Positions 1 through 59,529 of a stretch of DNA of 64,000 nt are shown one piece after another. The stretch lies in NCBI GenBank assembly GCA_040954595.2, contig CM082580.2:5260783-5324782 (forward strand), in the 5' to 3' direction. The position numbers and the translations under genes were made by a program. Origin of the DNA: Balanoglossus misakiensis (lineage: Eukaryota > Animalia > Hemichordata). Each line of letters begins with the position of its first letter. The stretch's first letter is position 1. Under the pieces are notes generated by a model, which was not told the DNA's origin, did no database searches, and worked only from the letters and a program-made list of their open reading frames with translations.

Positions 1-532
1 ATAACATTATTACATAGCTATTGTATGCTGTAAAATATTAAATTGATGTCCATATGGATTTTAATATGATACTGTTTGCCCAGTTTTCAATACATCAAGC
101 AATATCAGAAAACCCTATGCCCGGTTTCCCTTGTGGATTTAATTGCAGGATATCTATCAATTGTTGTATTTCATTTTTTATCAACACGCTTGATTGAATG
201 AAGAGAGTCTAGATATTAATGTCCACTCCTTTTGAAAGCAAATTATGCGTGGCCATCATTTTGGAAAATTTACTGTGTCTCGTATATCATCATCATACGT
301 TCCTTCAGGGGCTGAGTTAGGTGTGAATAATGGCAGTTATGTGGAGATAATGTCTGTCCTTTGTCAGTCATTGTTATGAGAGCTGTAGATATCTCATTTC
401 ATTTTATAGAATAAACAAATATCAGGCATAGGGCTCAGCGGCTGACTCAGAAATTTTTAGAAACCTTCAAATTGACTCCAGGCTTTTAAAAACTATGTTT
501 GTTGGAAGACACACTGCTTGAGAAACAAAACA

Positions 533-941
533 AAATTAAAGCTGCGAGCAGCATTGTCGGGCCCAAGCGCTGCTCTCGAATTATATATGCACAGTATGAA
601 TGTGAAGAAACAGAATTTTCTATCGGGTGTATTATCTCATGACATAACAAGGACGTATGTATTTTTGCTGCTGAAATAGGGTGAAGTAGGTCAAAGGACA
701 CCTGAGGTCACCCAACATCCAATATGGCCGCCAGGTCACGTGACTAATTAAGTATTCACAAGTCACTGCACATCTACTCATAGACCTTGACCACTGTAGC
801 AAGTTTGAGCAGTGTACCTGCAGTAGTTTCAGAGATTTAGTTGGCCGAAGAATTGACACAAGAATAAAGAAAGAAAGAAAGAAAGAAAAATTCCAACGAA
901 ACCAATAGGGCCCAAGCGCTTGCTTGCGCTTGGGCCCTAAA
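533..941. mobile_element. Helentron/HINE-like non-autonomous repeat (boundaries approximate)
   Basis: GGGCCCAAGCGC at 559-570 recurs in a terminal 14-bp-stem hairpin TAGGGCCCAAGCGC-ttgctt-GCGCTTGGGCCCTA (906-939); (AAGA)n tract before it; A-rich flanks. Confidence 0.5.
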
Positions 942-3900
942 TACAATTGTATGATACAGGTTCTTTTTTCTGCATATGTGTAACACCGTATATCTTGCAG
1001 TACTGACTGGCAGGTGTTATTGAGGAAAGCAAAACAGTTGAGAATTCTGTTTAGATGACCTTTTGACCTCTACACCAAGGTCTGCCTGGCCTGGCCAGCC
1101 CAGGGGTTGATTCCCTCTACACTTGATTTCACACGGAGTGGAGCCAATCCCATCTCAAAAACTTAGCCAACTTTAGGCAAAATTCAAAAGAAAAATGTGT
1201 CTTGATGACAATAAAATTTTGAAAATAACAAAAATCATATTTATAGGAACATCCTGAAAAATTGAATTTAGCAGTTTGCAGGAAAGTAAGATGAGCATAC
1301 TGAGTTGCATTGCAGGGGGAATTATACAACTACATGTAGCATGAATGAGAAGACACCATGATAACTGAATTTATTAAAAGTTTAAAACTACTGAAAGAAA
1401 TCTAGGATAGTTTTAACTGGACAATCTAATTTTCTTGCACAGACATTCACAATGTAAAAAGGGTAGGCTTCGTGCAATGACCCTGTCTGATACTGTAGTA
1501 GTGTACTCGAGAGGTCAGTAGGCCCACCCATCCTGGTGAGTGGAGTGTATGTGTACCAAGATGGCCGTCTGTATCAATGACAGTGCTGGGTGTGGTGGTA
1601 GGCAGCTGGATAGTCTCAACTGAGACATTTTTGAGAAACTCCTGAATAAATTTGGGTTCAGCAACGCATTGCTGGACACTGAATTTTCACCTGTATTAAG
1701 TGAGATTTGAAATTCGGGAATTTGGAGATCAGCTAAGAATTAAAAATTGGTGGGATGACTTCACCATATGTGTTGTCCTACTCAGGACCTCACATTGCAG
1801 AAGAGATTTGACTTTGTTTTGTGTTTTGGGGTCAAGTTCATTGTACTGAAACTATGTCACAAGAATTGTGACCTGTAACTCTATAAGGGCAAAACTTGCA
1901 ACACATACCAATAGTCTTATTCAGTTATTTAAATTTTCCGTGCTTGTGGTGGAACGATGACCCATTCTGCATACAAGAGGCAATTGACTTGGTATATGAT
2001 TTCTTTAAAATTTGATATGAGATGCACGAAGATATTGTACGCTGGTGTCTTGACCTTTGAACCCTAACCTTGTGACCAGTAAGCGTAACATATCGAATAG
2101 GGTTTTCAGATTTTCCATTTTTTGACAAATTTTACATTCTGTCGAACACTAACTTTAAGGAATAAAAAGAAGTGGTAATTTCATGTAAATTTGTGGAATT
2201 TGATAATGTACACAAGCAAAGAGATGGAAAATCAGAAAGAAATTGTATTTTTCTTTGAAGTCTCATCTCCCTCAGTATAGCCAGTCTTGCCACATACAAG
2301 TTATCAGGAAAAGATTTTGTTTTGGGATGACACGGTCAGTAGTAAGACAGGTCTGCAAGTGCCTTGTAGCAATGAGTGGCCAATTCCCTTACATACACAT
2401 ACATGGATTATTTAATAACAGTTAATTGATTTTGACTGAAGAATGAAACTTGTAACAGTGGGAGGCCATATTGGAATAACGAACTGTATCAAATGGGGCT
2501 CATCTTGATGAGAGCCATAATTCTTCTCACGTTGTCTGATGTCGAGATATACTTTATCTGATTGCTTTTGCAAAATTAGATTTCCAGATAAGATACAGAA
2601 AGATTTGTGAGCTGTAGCTGCCCATTTAGACATTTTGTCCACTAGAAATGAAAATCCTCGTTGTAAAGGATAAACTGAACTGCTCAATTCAATTCGATTG
2701 AGACTCAATCAAATTTTCAAGTGCGGGTGAAATAATTCTCTGTGCATCACTCATTTCATCTAAATAACCCAGGATGATAGCTTTTGAATCTAATTAGATT
2801 TTGGACATTAGCGCACCATCAATAGGCCGTCGCAAGCAAAGTTCTGACACCAGTGAAATAACCTCCCCCAATATTGCATTTCATACTGTCTGCCCCCGTG
2901 ACTTGACACACTGACAGAATACAAAGCAGTGAATTATACAACTGGTCTTTTTACTGCCCAGTTTTGGCCCCAGAACATGAGTGCAAAATTTTTACTGTGT
3001 GGTATTCAGTGGAGAGAACCCTGCCATTGAAACTCGCATGAAAATCTGATCGGCAGTTTACTTTTACTGGCAGATTTTACGGTGATGTTTGAAAGCTACT
3101 TGGTGTGATGTGTCAGTACCCTTTCGACCTTTGACCTTCTAAGTTCATACAGACTCGGTGAAAGTAATTTTAACTGAAGTTTTTTTATATTTCATGCTTA
3201 AAAATTCTTTCTGCAAGAATTTGACATTAGAATTAGAACCTCTAAAAAATCTGTTAAGAAAGATATGTTAAATTTAAAGTACACAACGATAGCTATCGTT
3301 TCTTTGATTTGAATTTAATACATGCTGTATCAGCATTTTGGATTTTATGGAATCGGTCCAAAACATTTGATCTGTCTATGCATGGACTGATAAAAAATGA
3401 TAGCACAAAATTTCTTTGTATTACCTATCCCCCTCAAAAAGGAATCATTGTACATGTACAATGCCAAGTTTGTATATTCTATCATTCCAAAAGTTGATCC
3501 CTATACTACAGACTGGTGGACATCCTGCATAGTGCATATCAAGAAGTTCATTCACACGCTGACCCCATGAGGTTCTCATGTGTAGGCGATGGATGACCAT
3601 TGTTGTCCGTCTGGGTTGTGGTCCAAAAAACAACCCATTAAATCCGCTTAAGATTTCATTGTGCTGCGAGTGAAACGCCAATCTGGGTATAAAGCGATAA
3701 AGAAGAACCCTGAAAGCTGGTGCAAGAATGGAATTCTCATGTCCTCAATCTTGCGCTTTATTGCTGCGGTTGCAAGATGTTGTTGGTCTGATTGTGGTCT
3801 GCAGTGCCATTTACTGATGACAATGCTGAATAGTTTTTTTTCAAAAGAACTGGGAGCTTTAATGGTAGTATTGAGATATTAAAGCTTTATTTGGTTTCTA

Positions 3901-6900
3901 CTCCATATGATGTTATACATGTATGTGCACACCTACTGAAATTTACACAAGTTCCTATTTATTTTGAATATTTTCCTTTTCCCATATTACTGATAAATTT
4001 ACCACCATAAGCAGTAATCTGTCAAGAAACCAACAGACTCTAAACTAAATTGTGAAGACAAGATAAATCATTTTAATTTGTCTGAAAATAGGTCTGTGAT
4101 TTCAACACCAGACATGAAAAAGAGGAAATTTCTCATTTGCATAACAATAAGCCAAGAGAAGTCAATCAGCCATGAAATCGACACACGAGCAATTGTCAGG
4201 TGATTGCAATCACAATTCGCGAATCTGTACGCGACATCAAACGTAGAAACGTGCACTTGTAAGTGCCAACAACCTGAACTGTTCACACCACAGCACCCGT
4301 TCAACTTTACAGCCCTATTCTGTCACGCATGTTTGTGAGAAGTGAGTTTTCTGTCGAGAATAGGAAATTCTCTTGAAAAAGTCAAATATTTGTACAAATG
4401 GTGATAATGTGTTACGGAAATGAATAATAAAGTACCACTCAACACGCGCCACTTTATTATCACACAAGTCATTGATTTCGCATTTTCAAATTATTTTCTC
4501 ATCCAGTCCATCTGGCGGATTTAAACTGCAAGATTTTGTGTGTGTAGTTTAATGATAGTGGCTCTCAATATGTCTGTCTTCATTACCCATGATGATGTAG
4601 ATGACATCATGTGTTAGCTTACATGCACACACCCCTGGGAGAGACCTGGCTGTCAGTCAGCTCCCAGTGTGAAAATAGGCTGAATTAGCCAATATGTTAT
4701 GGTATTAACTGCATGGAATACATGCAGAATACTTCATATGATCTGACTTGGCACCTTCGTTCCAGTTGCCATTGGGTTTTCTCTCACCAATACAACACAG
4801 AAAGATAGTTGATGGCCCCATCATACCCCCCAGTACTTTAGATGTAGTCCCCATCAGTGTTGCCATAGTAACCCGCCATCCCAGGGATTAGCTATCAAGA
4901 CTAATGAAGAAAGTCTGGCTGTGACATGTTAGATATCTTTTCCATATTCTGTATAATCTGATGAAATATTTCCATTGTTGCGTTTATAGAAAGTTTAGAA
5001 ACCACACTGCCTTATTTAGACCATTGAGAGTATTTGCCCCTCTCTGTATTGATCATTTATTATTTTGAAAGAAAAAAAGTCCATAAGAATCTTTCACACT
5101 CAATTACCAGCTGTGCATTTATAGGGTGCCATGTGTAAATCCAGCCATGCTATAGGGTCACTGAACCAGAGTGTTTTGAAAAGTTTCTATTCAAAACATT
5201 CACTATGCTTTTCAAGCATACAAGTATGTACTCAAATACCCAGTCAAGAGTTGATATCCAAGCGTTGAACTCCTGTCTAAAACAGCGTGAAATTCCCCCT
5301 CTGAAAGTGTTCGAATGCACTTAAAGGTTTATGAAGCAAATTGCATTGTACACGGTACATTTGTCAGATTACTATTTTTTGGGGGGCTATCTGAGGCAAC
5401 ATGTCTTTAATGAAAACATGAGTCACGCCATAATAGTTGTCATTCGACTGTCAATCATTTCAACGGAATCTAATCCAGATTCGTGATGGATCTTCTCAAT
5501 CGGACATCACTTTCAGTCTCAGTTCAGACTGGTTTCCTGTTTCTCTGTGATTATTGTCAGACAATGAAATCAATAGTCTGTGAAAGTGTCAGCACCGTTT
5601 CAGTAAACGTGCCCCAGAAAGGGGGGTGGGGGGCATTCACCTCTCTCTCTGTTGCCTTGGCAACACATAGCAGACAAGCCACAGCATAATTTGGGACATC
5701 AGATGCCAGATATCAACGTATGTTTGTAACTGTATACGAAGAATTTTCAGAAGAATGTGAAAAATGTTTTTGTCTGTGGACATCTCAGACGTGACGGAAT
5801 GCTTTGCCTCAAAATGGCTGACTACCTTTTTCAAAAATTCTCCTGCTGTATGATGCCATCTTGAGTGGTCACATGCTTGTACCCAATCTGGCCATAGAGG
5901 GCGCTGCTTGGGGAGAAATGACAATTCGGCCATGATGGTTGAAACCGGGTTGTACCGCTGATAAGAATTAAATTGTTTGTGTGTAAAGCTCAGAATTATA
6001 TATGCCATCTACTGCTTGTGAATACGGTAGTGCACAAAAGACTCATATGACACTGACGTGATCATAATTCCGTCATGCATATAACAGTGGAACTATCTAA
6101 GTAAGACAGGACAGATGAAGTAACGTCTGTTGGCCCGGTCTGCATGCACAGTCAACAGGATACCTTGCAGAGAATGTCCTCAACCACTTCTGGAAACTTT
6201 GAGTGAATCCATCAATTTGCCTGACAAATGCTTAAAGCACGGTGCTCATTCAGATGCAATTATTTTCACCTCAGGGAATCGTTTCTTGTAATGAGATAAT
6301 TCGTGTGACTCATTGTCTCAATATTTGCCCGGGCATCCTGAATGTGAAATGTGCCGTCGCTGTCCTGACGGTATCAAGTTATCATGCAGGTCTTTATAAG
6401 TGGTTGTATTTTTGTAGCTCTGCCAAGTTGAAGTAATAGCCTTAAAATCTACCAGTCATATTATACTGAATGTATGTATGTTACATACATGATGTGTATA
6501 CATTTCTGATATTATCATGCATAAAAATTAGGGCTTCTAAAACTCTCCCTTGACTCAGCTTGAAGCTTCTAGAATTTGATGTGGGCAAATACCTTCTTGA
6601 CGGAAACGTTAGATAAACCACAGAATGCTATATAAAAGCAGAATTGAGACGCAGTGACCAGCAAGTTAAGCATTTTTGGCAGATGTTGAACAAAACTTGA
6701 GGAGCATATGGTCATATAGTGAAATTACAAAGATGTTTAGAAAACTGTTAACTCGAAAAACATGATGTCATAGGGTAGATTGAGTTCTATTGCCGGGGGC
6801 TACCCACAGAAACAACCATTATTTTTTATCTCCCCAAACTGCATATACATCGATCATTTCTCAGCTAGATAATTTTCATTGTCAGTTAGTATATTTGCTT

Positions 6901-8060
6901 TCATGAATTCTGCTACATTTATTTCGATATTGGCCATTTTGATTTGAATTAAGGTGGTTGAACACCCTGGAGCAACATTTAAAATTCATAATAAAATGAT
7001 GGAAAGTCAATTTATTGTATCAAGACAGAAAAAAAGAGACATTTCAGCCTTAAGTCATAGCAGCTCAAGATACAGCCTCTTGAAAATTTCAAACTAAGTA
7101 ACAGAGACATGAAATGTATAGTTAGGGATTCTTTAATTCATTAACTATGGCATTATTCCCCTAGCGAATTGCTGAATTGTCAAGTTGAAGATTAGAAAAC
7201 ACTTATCATTGTATTTGTTGACAGTGCTGGCTGACCATCTAGCATACATACATATACCAGTACAGTACATGGATATATTCTTGAACTTGAAGTATCTGAT
7301 AGCCCATCAAAGTTGAGATTTGTTTAAACGAAGGCCTGAAAACTTCAAGTTCAAATGAGGGGTGTGGAAATAACAATACATTTCTTTATTATTAAATGTG
7401 GATTGTTCACTTGGTAAAAATAGTGTAGTAGTTCTCGCATGCCAAAAAAGTGTACAAGTCACATCAGAGTTTATTGCGCAGCTGAAGCACTATATCAATT
7501 AAATATCCCTTCAAGCTTGACTTTAAAACAGTCCCCTGACATCACAGACATATTTGAAATAACGGAGCTGAAATTCGAAAGTCAGTTCTGTCAAGAGGCA
7601 CGATCATTACAGCCCTGGGCTGCGAATTTTTCTTGTCTTCTGGGAGTATTTTTAAGTGAGCACAGGGGAATGTTCTTAAAGCTGGGCTGTCGTTATGTCT
7701 TCCCTGTAACTCTGCATCCTTTGCAAACATGTGGCAGTGTACAAGTTCGAGATAAATGCTGGCACTTGAAAATATCAGGGTCTAGGGAATGTCCGTAGTT
7801 CGGATTTTGGAGGAAGTAGGTCCTCTGCACAACCAGGGCATGTGTAATTTTGCACTAAATAGGGTTCAAAAATCCAACTGAAGAATAGGGTTTTGGGTCG
7901 AGAAGATAGCGGGTAGAAACCTGATAAACCATGTCAAGCAGTTTGCTTATTGTACAGAAATGATACGATCATCATTCTGATTGTAGAATCTGCTCTTGAG
8001 AGACTGGATGTACTTGCAATTTTTATTGACTCCGATTTTCTTACATTTTTCTCTGTCCAG

Positions 8061-53591
<45,531 letters not shown>

Positions 53592-53607
53592 CGGGCGACA
53601 GAGAAGG

Positions 53608-53613
53608 AATAAA
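53608..53613 (+). terminator. Possible proximal polyadenylation signal of vinculin, running into a genomic A15 tract
   Basis: AATAAA starting 17 nt after the stop; more distal AATAAA at about 54324, 54678, 56358. Confidence 0.35.
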
Positions 53614-56600
53614 AAAAAAAAAAAACCAAGAGAACACTTTTGGATAAACTGCTTTTAATGTCGATATGTAGACAACTTTATTACAGTGTAAACAAAACCA
53701 AAATTTGAAAAAAAGTCTTTAATAGTGAGATAATGAACAAAAGTCTGGTGGAAGCATATCTTAGATGAACAGTCTTGGTCAACATAGGGCAAACGCCCCT
53801 CTTTTTGTATCAAGGTAAATGTTTGTTATATGCGAAAAACCGAGTTTACCAGACACAAAAAAGAGGTTGGAAATTCTTGAGCTGAAAATCTTTTGTTACA
53901 GGATACCAAGAAAAAAAGGGTAAAGATATATTGCAATTTCTGAAATAGTAGATTACAAATGTGACTTAATTTCTTTATGCTGTTATCCATGGAATGGAAA
54001 TCCAGCTTCATTAGATGGTAGCAAAACAGCTGTGATATTCGAATATGATATGCTAAGTGGTGTTTCTTTCATTTGGAAGAGATCTGTATCTATTATTTGA
54101 TGAAACGTTATTGTTGGTATTGATGGACAGGAAACATTATCTGATTAAAATTGCCGTCAACAAACATCGGCACATTATCTGCAGAGAATTATCGTGCTTT
54201 GCCACAGAGAATGTTAAGCCAAGTTCCAACGATTTCTATTTCCTCGCGTGATACAAGACAGCCAGGAATTTCAAATCATGTATGGAAGTTGAGGGTATAA
54301 GTTGAGTATCTCACACGTGCAAAAATAAAAAACCTAACTCTCATGTTCCACGTAAGATGTTCGTCAGTTTTAAAGTTATGTTCAATTAAGTTTTGTAGTT
54401 TACTCGGTGATACAGTAAATATTTGCTTTAAATTCAGTTGGATCAGTGCCAATACTTTGTACTCAGTTTAATGCCTCGCGGTTGAGTGAATTCCTCAATG
54501 GTTGGAGGTGTATTGAGTACCAAATTTCGAAGTTAGACAGTAACAATCATGCTAGAAAAAATATTTACGGCACCAGGCCAAGAAAAAAATATCTTCACAG
54601 ATTCAAATAAGGAATTTCAAGTGTACAGTTTTCCATGATAGATTTCATCTTCTGGGGGAAGGGTTGAACACATTGTGAATAAAAAAGCGATTTTTTAACC
54701 AACTTCAAATTTTTGAGTCAGATTACATGAACTGTCCTTTAAGAAAGACTGCAAGTGCATGGTTAGAGAAATTAAATTTTTGTGGTTTTAATTAAAGTGA
54801 GGAGTTTCTTTTCATTTTCATTAAAGAGCAGTTTGATAAACCGAATTTTAATTTGATTTCTTGTTCACTACGATGCAATTTCTCATTTCTGAGGCTTTTG
54901 TTCAGATGTGAAACAACGTTCTGCAACTCCTGAAATCGAATTATTGTAATAGTGGCTTTAATAAGATTAAGAACTATTTTGTTATGTTTTGATTTCTCTT
55001 TTTGATGTTAAACTTAATTACCGTGGTAGGAGGTGAAGCACAAAAACCATGTATGGTGCTATGTTTGAATCTTAGTTTTCTACGATGCACTTTTTTCCAA
55101 TATCCTATGTCTGCATGTCAAATCATGTTTTAAGAGCTGTAGCATAAGTATATCTGAACACCACTTCAGATAATAATTGGAATCATAAAGAAGAAATTAG
55201 TGCAAAACTTAACGGAAAGTGTTCTCAATAGAAGAGCTGTCATATTTATAGTGTTTTGTAACTTGTATTTATTTAGAAAGTAGTTGCTCTGGGAATTATA
55301 ATTTTTTAAATCATGATTAGTTGAAGTGTAATGTTCCCAAAAAAGTAACGACACACTAACAAAACATACTGTGATGGCCACAGTTCAGTATGTAGTTATT
55401 TTAGCACTAAAAACCGTATAGTTGCTTCTAAGGTGAGATTTAAAAAAAAATAATTCTTGAATATTGGCAGATGAGGTTTCTTTTGATTTATGGAAGTGAT
55501 CTTTCATGCCACATTAATTTAAAAGAGGCTCTTGTAGCTCACTGTTGCCTTATGAATGATGAATAATACTAACATGCAAGATTTCTGACCTGTTGAAATT
55601 TGCAATGTAAATCTTTAAAACAGCACTTCTGATTATATGCTGTTGTTTTTTTAAAAGAAAATAACTGTTTAGTGTCAAAGATTATTAAAGCCTAGTCTTC
55701 CAGTTCAACAACTGTCTTCGTGAATGTACATCTTTTTTAAATGAATTATTACCCCAGGTGTTATTGCCGCCCAATAGCCATTGATTGTTGCCTCACATGA
55801 TTATGCATATTAAGAAAACTCCACTTTTTTTTTTCGTGTACACTGTAGTAATAGAGTGGTCTGTTGCTGTTGTAATATTATGGTTCAGTATAGTGTAATG
55901 TGTCCACATTCTTGACACCTTCATTATTAACAGTATTGGGTCTCGGTAGTTTAGTTAATTATCAGCCCAACTGCATAAACTGTAATTATATCAGGTGGTG
56001 TCATTAATATACAGACGTGTACCATCTGGACAGGGATGTGCCATTTGAAGGTGTCACTGCATGTTACCTGCACAATTAATTTTTAAAGCCCTATTTCATC
56101 AACGACAGTGTAGTTAAATCCCTACATATCATACACTTTCCCTAAACTGGGTGTCTTTGGCAATGGCGTTGACAAGAAATGGGGCATTTCTGTGAAGGTC
56201 GTCACATGGGAAGTGGAGAGAGAGAGAGGGCAGACTAACTTGTCTCACGTGACCTAGTGGACCACCTTAGCCATCTAGCTGAAAATCGTGCCATTTATAC
56301 GCTAGTGTTAATATTTACATACAGCCATGCCGAGACATTAATAGCACAACGGTAGCCAATAAAGTGCCGCGCGTGCCTGATCTGATCCTATCAAGTTAGC
56401 GATAACTATCAACTTTATTAGTCGTTTAGAGGCCATACGCATAGTTGCCTGAATAACTGTTGCCATCTAAAAGGGGACATAAAACATCTTCTCCGTCGCA
56501 TATTTCCGAAAATACGCAGACTCACAGTGTGCATTTACGCAGAAGTGGCCGGATTTTTGAAAAGGAAAACGGCCAAATACTTGTGTGCTGCTCGATCTCC

Positions 56601-57191
56601 TCCAACTATGCATATGTGCTGCCGAGCGTAGTCGGGTACTGTACGACCTCGTTACTCTACCATTGTATGGAAACTACTTATTCATCGTAAAAGTCTTTGG
56701 GACATCATTAACGTTAACGACTATTGAAACTCCCTAATATATCAAAAGGCTGGATAACACATTAAGGTGTTATAAAAGGCTCTTCGATCGAATATTCAAT
56801 ACAATTTAAAAGTTAAGAGTCTTACCTCGCAATGTAGGATAACATGAAAAGTCCGATCTCCACCAGAAACAGCTGAGCTAGGCTACCTTGAATTAAAATT
56901 ATCACTTACAATTGCTGCAGATACGGAATAAAATTAAGGGGGACGGGCATTCTGACTGTGATCCTGTCCTTGTTTCATACGACCCCTTTCTATATGACCG
57001 AAAGGCAAAACATAATAAACTACGCTGTACAGCTGAATTGTGATGTTATTTCGGTTCGTTTTACATCCGTATTTCTCATAGAACGGTGTCTTTTTAATGA
57101 AATGTTTCGGAAACACGAGTATGGCCACCTATTTGACTGGAGCGAGTGTTCGTGCCACAACCCGGTGTGCTGGATAATCTTGCTCGTCTCT

Positions 57192-57808
57192 GTTCTTAGA
57201 TAGGCAGTTTCATGCAAATCCGTGGTTCTCACCGAAAAATCGTGGTTCTTACCGAAAAATCGTGGTTCTTACGTTATACAGCCTACAAAGTCAAATTTTT
57301 TAAGGTTCTAGCTTACGAAGTCTTACTTTTAGTCGATGCGATGATAATTTCTCATTAAAAATTAACAATTACCGCTCTATAGCTCTCTCATATCATCAAG
57401 GTTCTTAGATAGGCAGTTTAATGCATAGCCGTGGTTCTTACCGAAAAATCGTGGTCCTTACAGAAAAATCGTGGTTCTTACGTTATACAGCCTACAAAGT
57501 CAAAATTTTTCAAGGTTCTAGCTTAGAAAGTCTTTCTTTTAGTCGATGCGATGATAATTTCTTATTAAAAATTAACAATTATCGCTCTATAGCTCTCTCA
57601 TATCATCAAGGTTCTTAGATAGGTAGTGTACTGCGTTGCCGTGGTTCTTACCGAAAAATCCTGGTTCTTACGTTATACAGCCTACAAAGTGAAAAAATGT
57701 CAAGGTTCTAGCTTACAAAGTCTTAATTTTAGTCTATGCAATGATAATTTCTCATTAAAAATTAACAATTATCGCTCTATAGCGCTCTCATATCATCAAG
57801 GTTCTTAG
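57192..57808 (+). repeat. About 210-bp tandem repeat x3 with internal 20-bp subrepeats (CGTGGTTCTTACCGAAAAAT)
   Basis: Units begin GTTCTTAGATAGG at about 57192, 57401, 57611 and end CTCTCATATCATCAAG. Confidence 0.92.
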
Positions 57809-59184
57809 TTGTATCTGTGATCTGATCTGATCTCGTCACCACCTGTCAGGTGATTGTTGGCCGTGACGCCAGTCCAGGCCTACTGCATTCATCTCAAAGA
57901 TCGCATCGATCTGGAGAAGTTCATTAAAATGGGGTTAGATGTGGAGTGACCGTGCTAATCAACCTGCTTCATGTGAGGTTTCCTTGATACTTGCAACTTT
58001 CTTTAATACTAAACTTATACGTTTACTTACGCCCAAGGGTAACCCACTTCGCGATTGCAACACTGTGACCGTGACATTCATCTCGGAGTGAATGATTTGG
58101 GAAAAAACCGCCAAGCAGCCATAGAAATGCCGCTGCGAGCAGCCGATTGGCTTTATTCATGTGTGATATTATGGAGTAAAGATGTACCACGCAACCATCG
58201 TCAGACATCATCTCCTTTGAGAATACACGGTATCGTGGACTTTTGTAATTTTACCTGGTTGAGCCATGCCAGCATCATTATTGCTGTGTTGTATTGGGTA
58301 ATTCTACAGCAAAAAATCTTGATATCAGTTTTAACGTTCAGAAAAGAGATTTACGTACACTTTTTGAACTCCCGTTTAATTTTACGCCTTCAAATTCACC
58401 AACACGTGAACTCTGCAATGAGATTCAACAGTTTTTGACACGTGGCCTTTTGTGAGCGATCACCTAAGTTTAGCAACAATGCAACGAATCACCATGTATT
58501 GGTACCGGTTTATGCAATACCCAGCCCTGCTATTATAGGTACCGGTAATTTTAATCGGAAGAACCCAATCAGATTTCATAATTTGTGTGTATGCGTCATT
58601 TGTGCGTACGTCATTGAGACGGGTACCGGCCAACTCGTCGTCTGCGTAATGCCGATAGGCTAGTAAGGATTTGTGTAACCAATAAACCAGATACTCTGGA
58701 CAACAATGTTTCCTCAGTCTGGCATCCAAATTGATTAGCAGAGTCCTTCATCACCAAGTTTCCACCTGCCGAGCTGTCGTCCCATCCTCAGATGCGAGGA
58801 GAAAGGGCAATAATTGACTGAATGTGTACTTGACCTGTTAATATGCGCAGTGAGCGATTAATTTTGTACGTGGGTGGGGAGCTAATTACCAAACATAATT
58901 AACACATTCACCTCGTTTCTATGGCTAACGTGTCGCCCCATTGTCAGACGTGATTGAACGGTCACGAAAATGCATGATCAGAAGGTATTGTGCTTTTCGA
59001 ACGTTAAATAGATCCGCCACCGGATTTACCGCGTTTTTGACAACCATGCAGGTTCATTGTTTTAAATTAATAGGTTTTTGGCTGAGTTTGGGGTTTTAAA
59101 CCAGGGTGTGAACATGTGAACACTGTCACCGGGGCGCGACGACAGCATAATGTTTTAGGGACGATTATATCAGTTTCTATTTAA

Positions 59185-59523
59185 AGCCCAATAACTGCCA
59201 ATTGTTAAATTATTTTCAGGATTTTACTTCCGAACTTCGAATGGTCCATTTAAGTGAGTTAACTTGTGGGTATACACAAACATATAATCAACCTCTGAAT
59301 GTGGCTGTACATTTAAATATGAACAAGTTAAATAATAAACGGGTGCCACACCCGTTTATTCAGCCGCCGAGATATTGCGAGTGTAGACAACTATCCTGGT
59401 ATGCACAGGTGGGTATAAGAAACTCAATAAATTCAAATGGTGTCGCTTGTCAACAAAGAATAAGGAGAATATAGAAATATTTTAAAAATTTAATATATGT
59501 AGAAAGTGGCAGCTATTGGGGCT
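59185..59523. mobile_element. MITE with TTAA TSD and AG...CT termini (Kolobok-like), 339 bp
   Basis: TTAA|AGCCCAATAACTGCCA...TGGCAGCTATTGGGGCT|TTAA; imperfect TIR of about 16 bp. Confidence 0.7.
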
Positions 59524-59529
59524 TTAATG

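Noticed and set aside
1-8060. Vinculin exon 1 (MPVFHTKTIESILEPVAQQ-like)
   Set aside because: Not found by eye; presumably upstream of the window. The short ORFs here look like intronic noise.
53608-53625. AATAAA plus A15 right after the vinculin stop, suggesting a retrocopy
   Set aside because: The gene has its full intron set. The A-run is genomic and would cause oligo-dT internal priming.
57192-57808. CRISPR-like array
   Set aside because: Eukaryotic context, whole units repeat with no unique spacers, no cas genes.
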